Part shown: piece after piece, positions 1 through 11,889 of the stretch | Position numbering within the stretch: the first letter of the stretch is position 1 | Layout: each line of letters begins with the position of its first letter | Assembly (NCBI GenBank): GCA_949358305.1 | Contig: OX442314.1 | Coordinates: forward strand, 19,964,001-20,028,000 | Reading direction: 5' to 3' | DNA: 64,000 nt | Source: Strigamia acuminata | Taxonomy: Eukaryota | Program-made: the position numbers and the translations under genes | The notes under the pieces: model-generated | Seen by the model: the letters and a program-made list of their open reading frames with translations, nothing else | What the model was told of the DNA's origin: nothing | Database searches by the model: none

Positions 1-32
1 AATTTTTCTAGTTGAAATGCGTTTGATTTCAG

Positions 33-2168
33 AGAGGACGAGGATCACGGTTTTCCCGATGGACTACGAAGTGCTGGCCGGCCAGTCGGCGACGTTTCGC
101 TGTTATGCTAATACTGATTCGAATTTATCGCTGAGTATTCACTGGCTGAGCAACGGGCAATTGATCGACTTTGACCAAGACCCCCGCATGTTCAAGGCGG
201 CCGATTATTCACTCACTATCAGCAAAACGAGCGAACTTGACTCTGGCACGTACACGTGCGTCGCCAGCACGCGATTGGACAACGCCACTGCCAGTGCGAC
301 ACTCTTCGTGCAAGGTGAGCAAGTAGTGCTAATAAGTACAACAAACATTCATTTTTCTCATTTTTCTCATTTTTCTCATTTTTCTCATTTTTTCTCATTT
401 TTTCTCATAGATATACCGAATCCGCCGCGAATGTTGGGCGTCCGATGCGAAGGCCTGTTCGCAAGAATCAAATGGCAACCGCAGGGAGACAACAGGGCAC
501 CGATCCTTAATTACAAGATCCAATACAATACTAGCTTCACGCCCGACAACTGGGAACAGTACTACGACGGCGTGCCGGCTACCGACCGCTCTTTCTCCGT
601 CTCCATGAGTCCCTGGGCGAATTACACGTTCAGGGTGATCGCCCGAAACAAGATCGGCGACAGTCTTGCCAGCGAGCATTCGGAGCCGTGCCATACACCA
701 CCAGACGTACCTTACAAGAACCCCGACAACGTAGTGGGTAAAGGAACTACGCCAACGAAATTAGTCATTTCCTGGACGGTAAGTTTGGTGAAATGAAAAT
801 CTAGCTAACAACGGTATTTTACTTTGACCTCTCTCCCTCTTTCTCCAGGCTATGCCGCCGATCTAGCACAACGCACCCGAATTCATCTACCGTATTTACT
901 ACCGGTTGGACAAGCCCGGGTATCCCTGGTACAAACAGGTGGATATTTCGAATTGGGAGCAGGCTTCATATGAAGTAACGAACCCAGAGTCATTCCAGCG
1001 GTACAAATTCAAAGTCTTGACTATCAACAAGTTGGGTGAATCCCTCGTGGATGCGCGTGAGGTGATCGGCTGGTCCGGAGAAGATAGTGAGTTTGCTCTG
1101 AATGAATGAATCACCAAATAAACGAACGAATTGTTGTTGCAGCACCCCTGCAAGCGCCTCATACTTTCAGGTTGGTTAGAGTTGTCAACGGCAACACTGC
1201 AGACCTGGAATGGTACCCCGTGCAGCCGGATTCGTTGCGCGGACACTTGAAAGGTTACAAGATCGAGACGTGGTCGACGTTGGAAGGCGAGAAGCAGATG
1301 CGACAAACCTTCGTCTCTGCCGAGTGGGAGTCGGCTCGTGTTGAAACGTTTGTACCTTACGCCATGAACAACGTGCGCGTGCGCGTGCTTAACGGCATGC
1401 ACGAAGGACCTCCAACTCAAGTGATAACATTTCAGACTCCTGAAGGAGGTGAGTTTTGAAAAATGTAAAATCAAAATGTTTGTTTGTTTATTTGTTTGTT
1501 TGTTTCTAGTTCCGGGTCCTGTAACCTCGTTTGATGCCGTCCCAATGGGTTGCAATGCCCTCTATTTAATGTGGACGAAGCCAACGCGGCCCAATGGCAT
1601 TCTCACGGGTTACAAAATAACGTACTCCAAGGTGGAACGTACTGAGGTGAAGCCGAAGAATAAGAGCGAATTGCTCATCGACCAGTCGGAAACGCGTACG
1701 AAGCTCGGAAGTCTAGAGAAGAACACAAAGTACCGCGTCACCATCGCCGCCCTCACGTCGCAAGGCTCGGGCGTACCCTATTTCATCGAGGCTACTACCA
1801 AAAACATGCAGGAACCGCCTGCCAAACCCACCTTCAAGTGGTACCTCCTGCTGACCGCCGACGGTAAGGCGTCGGTCAGAGTCGTTTGGCTGCCGGACGT
1901 CCATCGTCATATAGGCAGTTATTTCTTCGTATACTACAGGAAGAAAGATTAATCATCAATTCAATTTTTCAATTTTTTAATTTTCTTTTTCTTATTCTGA
2001 TTCTTAAAGGTGATGGCGATTGGACCAAAACGGACGATGAGCATTTGTCAGATAACCTGTTGGTTGAAAATTTGGAACAGGGAACAATGTACGAAATGAA
2101 GGTTGTGGCCGTCGATGGGAGCTTCTACACTTCCAGCGATGAAGAAGAAATCGAAACTGTCGAAGTTG
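33..2168 (+). pseudogene. Neuroglian/L1CAM-family ectodomain segment, tandem unit 1 (Ig6 + five FN3 domains), with an in-frame stop; 5' part lies outside the window
   Basis: GT-AG-bounded exons encode an Ig domain (C...W...DSGTYTC) and FN3 repeats typical of neuroglian (PWANYTFRVIARNKIG, LVISW, LRGHLKGYKI, PNGILTGYKITY). The exon starting at 849 reads GCT ATG CCG CCG ATC TAG (864-866) where unit 2 has CAG (3799-3801). Confidence 0.8.
350..408. repeat. Intronic (CATTTTTCT)n microsatellite
   Basis: About 6 copies of the 9-mer here versus about 3 at the paralogous site near 3313-3340. Confidence 0.9.
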
Positions 2169-2650
2169 GTGCGTTGTGCAAATACTCTTTTTTCTTTCTT
2201 TCTTTCTTTTTTTAAAGGCTTTTTATAAAAGCTTTTATTAAAGACGGTGGCCCTCAAAATTTCTAATGACAAAATATCTAAGAAACCGTTCATAAATTAT
2301 GTAATGCAAATTTTGGATTTTTAGACCTCCTTCCCCCCCCACCCCAGTAACAAGGTCCTAAGTAATCCGCACACTCCCCCTAGGAAATTAATTAACAAAA
2401 CTGACCACCTGCCCCCCCCCCCCCCCCCCCCAAATAATTTTGATACAAATTAAGTAATTTTCAATTTTAATTTAGGAATAATTTTTTAAAAATTTAATTT
2501 TCACACTTTTACATTTTTGTTAATATTGTTAAAATCAATAAGGTATTTTTTACTTTTTAAACTTCATCTTCCCGAGGCAAACTCATGTTTTTTCAATGTT
2601 CAATATTTCAATAATGTTAAGGCTTAATATTTGCCTGTCTCGAACGGTAG

Positions 2651-5104
2651 CATTGCTGCCCACCATCGTGGAACCACCTAAAGCCAACTACGAAGCCGTC
2701 GACGGTTTGTCCGTCACGCTCATGTGTCGCGTGTTTGGCGTACCGAAGCCGCAGGTGGTTTGGAAACGGAACGAAAAGGAATTGACGGGCGGCAGATTCA
2801 ACGTGCTCGACAGCGGAGATTTGGAAATCCGCAACGTGATCTTTGCAGACGACGGACGCTACTCGTGCGAAGCGGAGAACTCTTTGGGAACGGTGCGTTC
2901 GCACCCGGAGGTCGGCTATCTCAAAGTGCGAGGTAAACACGAACGTTCTTTTGTTTTGTTCCAATTTTTCTAGTTGAAATGCGTTTGATTTCAGAGAGGA
3001 CGAGGATCACGAGGTTCCCGATGGACCAGGAAGTGCTGGCCGGCGAGTCGGTGACGTTAAGCTGTAATGCTAATGCTGATCCGAATTTATGGCTGAGCTT
3101 TGACTGGCTGAGCAACGGGCAATTGATCGACTTCGACCAAGACTGCAACATGAAGAAGATGGCCGATGGTTCACTCATTATCAAAATAATGGGCGAACTA
3201 GACTTTGGCACGTACACATGCGTCGCCAGCACGCGATTGGACAACGCCACTGCCAGTGCGACGCTCGTCGTGCAAGGTGAGCAAGTAGTGCTAATAAGTA
3301 CTAACAAACATTCATTTTTCTCATTTTTCTCATTTTTTCTCAAAGATGTACCGAATCCGCCGCGAATGTTGGGCGTCCGATGCGACGGCCTGTTCGCAAG
3401 AATCAAATGGCAACCGCAGGGAGATAACATGGCACCGATCCTCAATTACAAGATCCAATACAATACTAGCTTCACACCCGACAACTGGAAACAGTACTAC
3501 GACCGCGTACCGGCCACCGACCGCTCTTTCTCTGTCTCCATGAGTCCCTGGGCGAATTACACGTTCAGGGTGATCGCCCGAAACAAGATCGGCGACAGTC
3601 TTGCCAGCGAGCATTCTGAGCCGTGCCATACACCACCAGACGTACCTTACAAGAACCCCCACAATGTAGTGGGTAAAGGAACTACGCCAACAAATTTAGT
3701 CATTTCCTGGACGGTGAGTTTGGTGAAATGAAAATCTAGCTAACAACGGTATTTAACTTTGGTCTCTCTCTCTCTTTCTCCAGGTTATGCCGCCGATCCA
3801 GCACAACGCACCCGAATTTATCTACCGCGTTTACTACCGGTTGGACAAGCCCGGACTTTCCTGGAACAAGCCGGTGGACATTTCGAATTGGGAGCAGGCT
3901 TCCTATCAAGTCACGATCCAAGAGAAATTCCAGCCATACAGAATCAAAGTCGAGGCTCTCAACCAGTTGGGTGAAACCTACGGTCATACGGTTGAGGTGA
4001 TCGGCTGGCCCGGAGAAGATAGTGAGTTTGCACTGAATGAATGAATGAACAATGGAAAGAACGAATTGTTGTTGCAGTACCCCTGCAAGCACCTGATACT
4101 TTCAGGTTGCTTAGAGTTGTCAACGGTAACACTGCAGACCTGTCGTGGTACCCCGTGCAGCCGGATTCGGTGCGCGGACACTTGAAAGGTTACAAGATCG
4201 AGACGTGGTCGACGTTGGAAGGCGAGAAGCAGATGCGAGAAACCTTCGTCCCTGCCAAGAGCTCGTCGGCTCGTGTTGAAATGTTCGTACCTTACGCTGA
4301 AAACCACGTGCGCATGCGCGTGTTTAACGGCATGCACGAAGGACCTCCAACTCAAGTGATAACATTTCGGACTCCCGAAGGAGGTAAGTTTTGAAAAATG
4401 TAAAATCAAAATGTTTGTTTGTTTATTTATTTGTTTGTTTCTAGTTCCGGATGCTGTACCCTCGTTTGATGCCGTCCCGATGGGTTCCAATGCCCTCTAT
4501 TTAATGTGGAAGAAGCCAACAAGGACCAATGGCATTCTCACGGGTTACAAAATAACGTACTCCAAGGTAGAATGTACTGTAGTGAAGCCAGACAACGAGC
4601 GCAAATTGCTCATCGACCCGTCCGAAACGCGTACGAAGCTCGGAAGTCTGGAGACGAACACAGTGTACCGCGTCTCCATCGTCGCCCTCACATCGCAAGG
4701 CCAGAGCGGGATCCGTTCCATCGTGCTTATTACCAACAACATCCCGGAACCGCCTGCCAAACCCAACTTCACGTGGTACCTCATGCCGACCGCCGACTGT
4801 AAGGCGTCAGTCAGAATCGTTTGGCTGCCGGACATCCGTCGCCATACAGGCAGTTATTTCTTCGTATACTACAGGAAGAAAGGTTAATCATCAATTCAGT
4901 TTTTCAATTTTTCAATTTTCTTTTTTTTCATTCTGATTCTTAAAGGTGATGCCGATTGGACCAAAACGGACGACGAACATTTGTCAGATAACCTGTTGGT
5001 TGAAAATTTGGAACCGGAGACAATGTACGAAATGAAGGTTGTGGCCGTCGATGGGAGCTTCTACACTTCCAGCGATGAAGAAGAAATCGAAACTGTCGAG
5101 GTTG
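2651..5104 (+). CDS. Neuroglian/L1CAM-family ectodomain segment, tandem unit 2 (Ig5, Ig6, five FN3 domains); no TM or cytoplasmic exon found
   Basis: Ig exon 2651-2932 (CRVFGVPKPQVVW...DDGRYSCEAEN) is followed by exons parallel to unit 1. The splice phases I checked are consistent and I saw no stop. The last exon ends at donor G|GTGCGT (5104/5105). Confidence 0.8.
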
Positions 5105-5620
5105 GTGCGTTGTGCAAATCTTTTTTTAAAGGCTTTTATTAAAGGCCTTTATTAAAGGCTTTTATTTAACTTGTATGTAATTTTGAAAAAAATGAATTAA
5201 AAATTGAATTATCAAATAAGAAAGTAGATTTTCTGGTGCTGTTTTTGGTCTACTTTTCAATTAATATGATAAAATTGATATTAAAAGGAGTTAAAAGGGA
5301 GAAAATGCTGATTTACGGCGAAATGTAATCGAGCCGGAGCACCACCTGGCGGAACCCGTGTCCTGCTTTAATGGATGCCAAAATGTTTGCCCGAATTTTG
5401 ATGATTTTGGTACTAAAAAAGGATTTAAAATTTCTGAAACCAGGCTAAACCTGGTTAAAATAAAAATTCCTACCTACCCATATAGTTTGTTTTTTAATAT
5501 TGATAACGTAACGGTAATTCGTTACTTTTTTTGGCCGTAACGAACGTTTAGTAAACGTTACGTTACCGTTAAATTTGTCCAGGAAACGTTTTTGCTACAA
5601 AATGTAGCAAAAACGTTTTT

Positions 5621-5936
5621 GGGGCCATCCATAAATTACGTAACGCTCCAAGGGGGGGAGAGGGTTTCAAATTTTGTTACGGGTCATTAGTAAGGGAGAG
5701 GGGGGGTTCGCAATAATGTTATGGTCCATGAAAAAAATTTTTTAATGTTTAAAAATTGAAAATATACGCGTTTTTGAGATTGACTTTTGAAATTTTTGGA
5801 GGGGGGAGTAATTTCAGTTTTATGACGAAATTAGGGGGTGGAGGTTTGGGAATTTGTTACGGCCATGTTACGGAGGGGGGGGGGGAGGGGGTCTAAAATT
5901 GCCAAAATTTGCGTTACGTAATATATAGACGGCCCC
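5621..5936. mobile_element. MITE, PIF/Harbinger-like
   Basis: TIR ggggccatccataaattacgtaacgc / gcgttacgtaatatatagacggcccc with 3-bp flanks TTT/TTT. A degenerate relative lies near 2285-2340. Confidence 0.75.
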
Positions 5937-5944
5937 TTTGTGTG

Positions 5945-6450
5945 GGGTGCCGTTCCAACGGCGAATCGCCTAAGGGCAGGAAAGGGTTTTGCGTTTCCAA
6001 TGGCGAATATAGATGTTAAATTTCGCCACATTATTTACCGCGACATGAATCTACCGCAACAAGCCGTCCCAAAAAAATGGTTTTGCATAAAAAAAACCAG
6101 TAAGGTTAGGTTTGCCGGGGGGTCAAAGGGGGCGCAGCCCCCCCCCCCCCCTTCCTTGTTAGCCCTTCTTAGGAATTGGAAGAAGAAATACCCAATATAC
6201 TAGTTCCAATGGCGAATTTCAACATACCAATATTCGCCTTTGGAAACGCAAAAAACATTTCCAATGGCGAATTTTACATTAAAAACAAATTTTCCACTTT
6301 CGCCCTTGGAAACAGGAAAATATGTTTCCAATGGTAAATGGCAGAAATGAAGCATTCCTGCACTCAAAAACCGTTTCCAATGGGGTCAAATTAGGTCAAA
6401 ATAGGTTTCCAATGGCGAACTTAGGCGATTCGCCATTGGAACGGGTACCC
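5945..6450. mobile_element. MITE, Mutator-like (9-bp TSD)
   Basis: ~30-bp TIR gggtgccgttccaacggcgaatcgcctaag; TSD CTTTGTGTG at 5936-5944 and 6451-6459; internal ttccaatggcgaa repeats. Confidence 0.8.
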
Positions 6451-6590
6451 CTTTGTGTGTAATCTGTACCGCATCTGGTGGATATCTGAACTAGCGGTAG
6501 AATAGGGCTGTCTTTTTGCAACTCATCCCAGCTCAAGATATGATCAAAGCCATGCTTCCATGCAGGGAGCCAAGATGTCTGGGGCACATT

Positions 6591-7054
6591 TAAGCTTGTT
6601 AGCGGATCGGATTGGATGCGGATTCTGGCCAATTCGCATCCGATCCGAAAATATGCAGATCGGAAAATGCAGATCCGATCCGATCCACATGCTGAGAATG
6701 GCGGATCCGATCCGATCCAATCCGCAATTAATCCGCGGATTGCGGATTATATGCGGATCATAAGCATTTTTTTTTTTTTTTTTTGTTATTGTCAATAACA
6801 ACGGAAAAATCAATTTAAATTTAATTTTTTAAAAGATTGCGGATCGCGCGGATTAGTCCGCGGATTGCCCAATCCGATCCGCGGATTACTGGCTCGGATT
6901 GGTCACCCGTCCGATCCGCAACCAGTCCGCAGACGGATCAGTATAAAAAATCCGCTTCCGATCCGCAGACGGATCAGTATAAAAAATCCGCTTCCGATCC
7001 GCGCGGATCGGATCCGCGGATTCGCGGTTCAGGCGGATCGGATTAACAAGCTTA
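6591..7054. mobile_element. hAT-type MITE with GGATC/ATCCG subterminal repeats
   Basis: TIR taagcttgtta / taacaagctta; 8-bp TSD GGCACATT at 6583-6590 and 7055-7062. Confidence 0.85.
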
Positions 7055-7205
7055 GGCACATTAATACACCCAAAATTCACTGACGACTCTTAATTAATGA
7101 AAAATTAATGAAAATAAACAGTTGATGAAAAATAACTTAAATAAATGTGATTGATTAATCTCAATCGGATCGTCAGACCAGGCCCATTTAAAAATCAGAA
7201 CGGGG

Positions 7206-7329
7206 CAGGGCCGTTTCGACCTATGAGGCGAAGAGGCGGCCGCCAGGTGGCCATGCCGTGGTAAGTAACTTTACCAAGGCATGGCCACCTGGCGGCCGCC
7301 TCTTCGCCTCATAGGTAGAAACGGCCCTG
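7206..7329. mobile_element. 124-bp palindromic hAT-type MITE
   Basis: CAGGGCCG...CGGCCCTG near-perfect hairpin; 8-bp TSD GAACGGGG at 7198-7205 and 7330-7337. Confidence 0.9.
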
Positions 7330-7811
7330 GAACGGGGCAAACAGGGCGAATGGACGAATAGCGAGAGTGTGAGTGTTTGAGGTAGGAAATGAGAAACTTG
7401 CGACTGATTCGTTTGAAAATGTGTACAAAACTGCCTTTAATATTAATCCGAAAAAGAAACAAACTATCCTAATTGGGTAATAGTAAACTGGCTGGCAACA
7501 ATCAAAAGCGCTGAGGTGCAGGTAGTGGTCGCCGCTCAAGACAAGCTCGAGGTCGTATGACCTCACAGAGAGTTTCGTTTAGAGCTACCGGCAGCTACCG
7601 CCCTCTGGTTTAGCAATCAATTAGTATCAAATATCACCAATAGGCAGAATCTACTACGCTATTCAACTAGCAAGTTTGATCATCACTTCGGATGATCAGT
7701 TTTTAAAAAGGAGATTTATAAAGGCAAAAAGTAAAACTGAGGCCTGTTATTTATAAAAAAAAATAACAGCCTACTCCATACACATAACTTAACATGATGC
7801 TTTTCTGTGTA

Positions 7812-8308
7812 CCGTACCGCCGCGTTTCATAGCCGGGGTTCATTAAAGCGCCGGCCCCGTTTTAGCGCCGGGCAGTCATCGACCCAAAAATCTCTACGCG
7901 CCAGCCCCGTATAAACGCCGGGTTTCAAATTGGCGCCGGATAAATATGAAATTACCTATGGATAACGTTCCGAAAGTCCCGCACACGTTATGTAGGTTAC
8001 TATTTAGTATTTTCGGTCAGAAAAATATATAAAATGCCTTCACTGTTCAATTGCTTCATTTCCTACAGTAAGACACCGTTATGGCTTCAATCAAATCTCT
8101 GTTTCTGACCATTTATTGGGAGTTCTAGGTCGTTATGTTGTAAGTTAAATGTAAAAATAAATAAATTAAAATTTCAAAAAAAATTTATTTTCCCGATAAC
8201 TAATTTCGCACTTTTTATGTGGTTAAGCGCCGGGCCCGATTAAACGCCGGGTTTCTTATTGCCGCCGGGTAGGTCGGCTGAAAAAAATTATTAAACGGGG
8301 CGGTACGG
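7812..8308. mobile_element. Tc1/mariner(pogo)-type MITE
   Basis: TA|ccgtaccgccgcgttt ... aaacggggcggtacgg|TA; the same family occurs at ~38031-38160 and 61664-62042. Confidence 0.8.
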
Positions 8309-10195
8309 TATTTAACTTTTTTTGTCATTTATTTTTCGTGCACAAAACCTAAAGATCAACATAAATCCGGCTCGTTAATCGTTTTATTCATTCAGAATAA
8401 TGTTTTGATATTTTCTCGGCTCGAATGTATATTTTTAATGCCGGAATTGTTGTTTATTCTCGTTATTTGTTGTTCGTTCAATAGCTGAAAATCGTGTGCA
8501 CGTGGGAAAAGAAATACTTTAGTTGAATCCAAGGTCAAGTAACTCAACGAATAAATCTATAAATTTTTCCATTTTTTATTTTTTGTTGCTGTATTTCTTA
8601 TACTTAAAATATGTTATGGAGTCCAGCAAGTGGCATGTATTCCTGACCTAGAACATGATCTGAAATCCCTGCTCAGTTTTTGCTTAAAAATGTAAACAAA
8701 AATTAATTGAATGTACCTAAACCTAAATTAAGCAATTTTATGTAGTTCAGATTGTACAATAATTGCAACTTTTCATGTGTACTTTGGTTGTTTCTTCAAG
8801 GAGGTGGGGAGGGGGGAATGGCCCAAAATCTTCCAAAATCTTGCTGAGAATCATCCGAAATCTTGCTCAGAATCATCCAAAATCTTGGTCAGAAACGAAC
8901 AACATTTTTTCCAAAAACATCTAAAATCTGGTCCAAAATCCTATTAAGTTAAAAAAAAAAAAAGAAAAAAAGTTCCTTGGAATAAATTATCAAAAAACAA
9001 CAAATCTATCAAATACATCTCTCTGTAGAGCGAACAACACAAAACACAGATAATTTAGATTTTAGATTAAGTTGAGAAGTAACACTTCTACCGTGTGGTT
9101 TTAAGCACACACTTTTTTAAAATAAAATCTGTGATTTAAAAAAAAAATTGGTAATTTTTTTTAAAAATCAAGGGGATTTTTTTTTAAAAACAAGGGATTT
9201 TTTTTAAAAAAAATCGTCGACTTGCACTAAAAAACGGAAGATTTTTTTCAAAAATAGCCTGGCCCAAATAAGCGCCTGGGGTGTCTGGAGGGAGTAACAA
9301 AAAACATTAAAAACCTAGTTTAGAAAAAAACTGTTGTTCATGATACGCAATTATGTTTTTTTATTTTATAGTTTAACACTTAATATTTTAGGTCAGAAAT
9401 ATTAGATTTTCTAATATTAATATAAATTATACTTTGAGTTCATATCTCTACTAGGTTAGGTGTATAGTCAATGTTTTAGATTTATTACATTTACATGTAT
9501 AATTTTTTATGAAAACTTCTTGCTAATTTCCACATCAGGAAATAAATTATAAACATTTTTATTTGTGTAAAGAAAAATAGTTTTCTTTACTAACATCATA
9601 AGAAAAAAAAATAGATTTAAAAATTCCAAAAAAAGAGTTTTCAAAAAATTTCTTTGTTTACCCACTACTTTTGAATATAATGTCAATTATTTTTTTCACT
9701 CTCTTTCGACAAATATCAAATTGCTTAAATTTCTTCATAAACATAAAATACTCAAAGAATAAAATCATTTTCACACATTTTTGGAAAAAAAATTTCTGCT
9801 TTGGACAAAAAATAACCCGGGATGGGTGAGCAAGGGATTTTTGTTATGTTGGTACTACTAGGGTTAATAATTGTATTAAAACTAAGTTTTGTATCATGCC
9901 CTTTTAATTTTTTTTTATAATATTATATATAAAATTTAACAAATTAGAATTTTAATTAGAATTTTTAAATTTTATGAAGTGCAAATATAAGATTCGCAGG
10001 TGATTTATTAATGAGGTCATTACGTAAGGTAATTGGGTTATAGAATGGAAAGAAAAGACTAATTAGTCTCTGATTCATCCAATACTCAATTAATTTAATA
10101 GTGCACCATTAAATTAAGCGCTCTTATTTGGAAACATCACAGAGTTTGCCTCAATAGTTTGCAGCACACCGCTCGATCATAACTTCATTTCAAGT

Positions 10196-10883
10196 ATGGT
10201 AAGTAGGAAAATTTCGACAAAACTTAACTTACTGGTATGCTCACGGCATTTATTTTTGCTTTGTTATTTTCAGTTGGTATCAAAGTTCAGCCTATTTATG
10301 CTACTTTTAGCCGTTGCTAAATGCAGCGGTGACGATCATTTAGTACTTGAAAGCAGTCTACGTGTTACTTTGCCTTCAGATTTGCTCAGTTTAGTAGATA
10401 ACGTATTTGAAAAAACTTCAGTCAGTGCTCGTGTTGCAATCGAATCTTTTGAATCACGATTTGCTATTGGTGTCCTAGTCAATGATAAAAAGAGTTTGAA
10501 GGGTTTTAGGAGTGCACTAACTCTGCTCCACCTGTCCCTTTCAGACAAGAATAGTATTAAATCAAAGGAGGCCTTGAGTGCTTTTGTATGTATTGACAAA
10601 CAGCAATATGGTTGCTGAAAATAACAATTTTTCATTTGTTTTTCAGTTCACCAAAGTATTGGGACACGTTAGTGACGTTGTATTTTACGGTCAAAAACTG
10701 CTCGTTGATTCGATGATAAAGGCCACTGTTAAAGCAGTAATCGAATCCATATTTTTAAATCTTAAAACTTTAACTGAATCTATTAATACTGCTGTAACTT
10801 TTTCTTCCCACATTCCCACCTGCAAATGTGATGAGGGAGGAAATCTCTTCCTTAGCAGCATACTTGGCAGCTTTCTTGGGTAG
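10196..10883 (+). CDS. Orphan secreted protein, ~183 aa, 3 exons (10196-10198, 10274-10585, 10647-10883)
   Basis: ATG|GTAAGT micro-exon and two phase-0 introns with canonical GT..TTTCAG ends. N-terminus MLVSKFSLFMLLLAVAKCSG looks like a signal peptide. TAG at 10881-10883; AATAAA near 10929. Confidence 0.65.
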
Positions 10884-11889
10884 AACACAAGAAACGTAAA
10901 TTACAAGTTATGTAAAATTTAAATGTTAAATAAAATACATTATAAAATTTAAGTGAAAACTTTAAGTGAAGCAATTAATATTGCTGCAACTTCTTCAGAA
11001 ATTTCCACCTGCAAATGTAGTAAGAAAAGCTAATAAACCCAATTGAGGTTTTATATTCGGCTAATTGCAAGATTTAAAAAAGAATGTTGTAAATTCCTGG
11101 AAAATAATTGCAAACAGGCAGCGCCGCAATGTAGAACGTCATGAAGGAGATGAAAGAATGTTTAGTTTGTTTGTGTAGATGAGGGTGTGTGAGTTGTGAG
11201 TGTGACTTTGTTGTTGCCTGTATTTGCTGTGAGCATGGGTTTGAGCTATCAACAAACGGCTTGGCTGCGTGTGTTGCGTCGCATTGTTTGTTAGTGGTTT
11301 GTTTGTGTTTTTGTTCCCTACGTCATTCCCGTCCGATTGTTGCAGCCCATCTGTTTTGTCGCCTTGTGCGGGAGAAAGACGTCAAAATTTCAAATAATAA
11401 ATAAAATTAACTATTCGCTAAGTTTTCTACGGTTACAATCTGAAAAATTACTTGCCTAAAACATAATATCTAATTATAATTATAATAATTATAATAAAAC
11501 AACTTAGTTTGGCTTTACTGCATTTGTAAAGAGCGCTTCAGTGAACAGCTTTTGGCTTTTACCAGTAGTGTTTAAAACTACCACCAGATGGTTTAACCTT
11601 CTTTATTTTTCTTGTTTACATATTGTGCCCTCTATAAAATTAGTTGCGAACTAACAACAAACTAAATGGCGCTTTAACCAATCGACCTGAAAATTAACCC
11701 TAAACGCGTAATACCTTATACATTTTACCTCGCATTTTACCCTTATGCCTCCGAGGGTTACGCATTCATTTATTTTACAGTCAATCCTACCGTAGGACTT
11801 GAATTATCAAATCTGTATGTTCAAATATGCTTCAAAAATAATAACTTACCGGTACCACCAGCTGCTGGAGTTGGCTAAAAATAAATTCA

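Larger units (their letters stand above)
1..5120 (+). repeat. Tandem segmental duplication, period ~2.96 kb
   Basis: 1-~2190 aligns with 2963-~5120, introns included (e.g. aatttttctagttgaaatgcgtttgatttcag at 1 and 2963). Confidence 0.95.

Noticed and set aside
6544..7083. Multiple overlapping ORFs rich in RI/DP/SD
   Set aside because: Artefacts of GGATC repeats in a MITE.
8820..8945. CCAAAATCTT repeats
   Set aside because: Degenerate low-complexity repeats, probably TE subterminal remnants; no boundaries definable.
9810..11760. piggyBac-like ends (AGGG|TTAA at ~9860, TTAA|CCCT at ~11694) as one element capturing the orphan gene
   Set aside because: The ends face outward and their sequences do not pair; at most two unrelated remnants.
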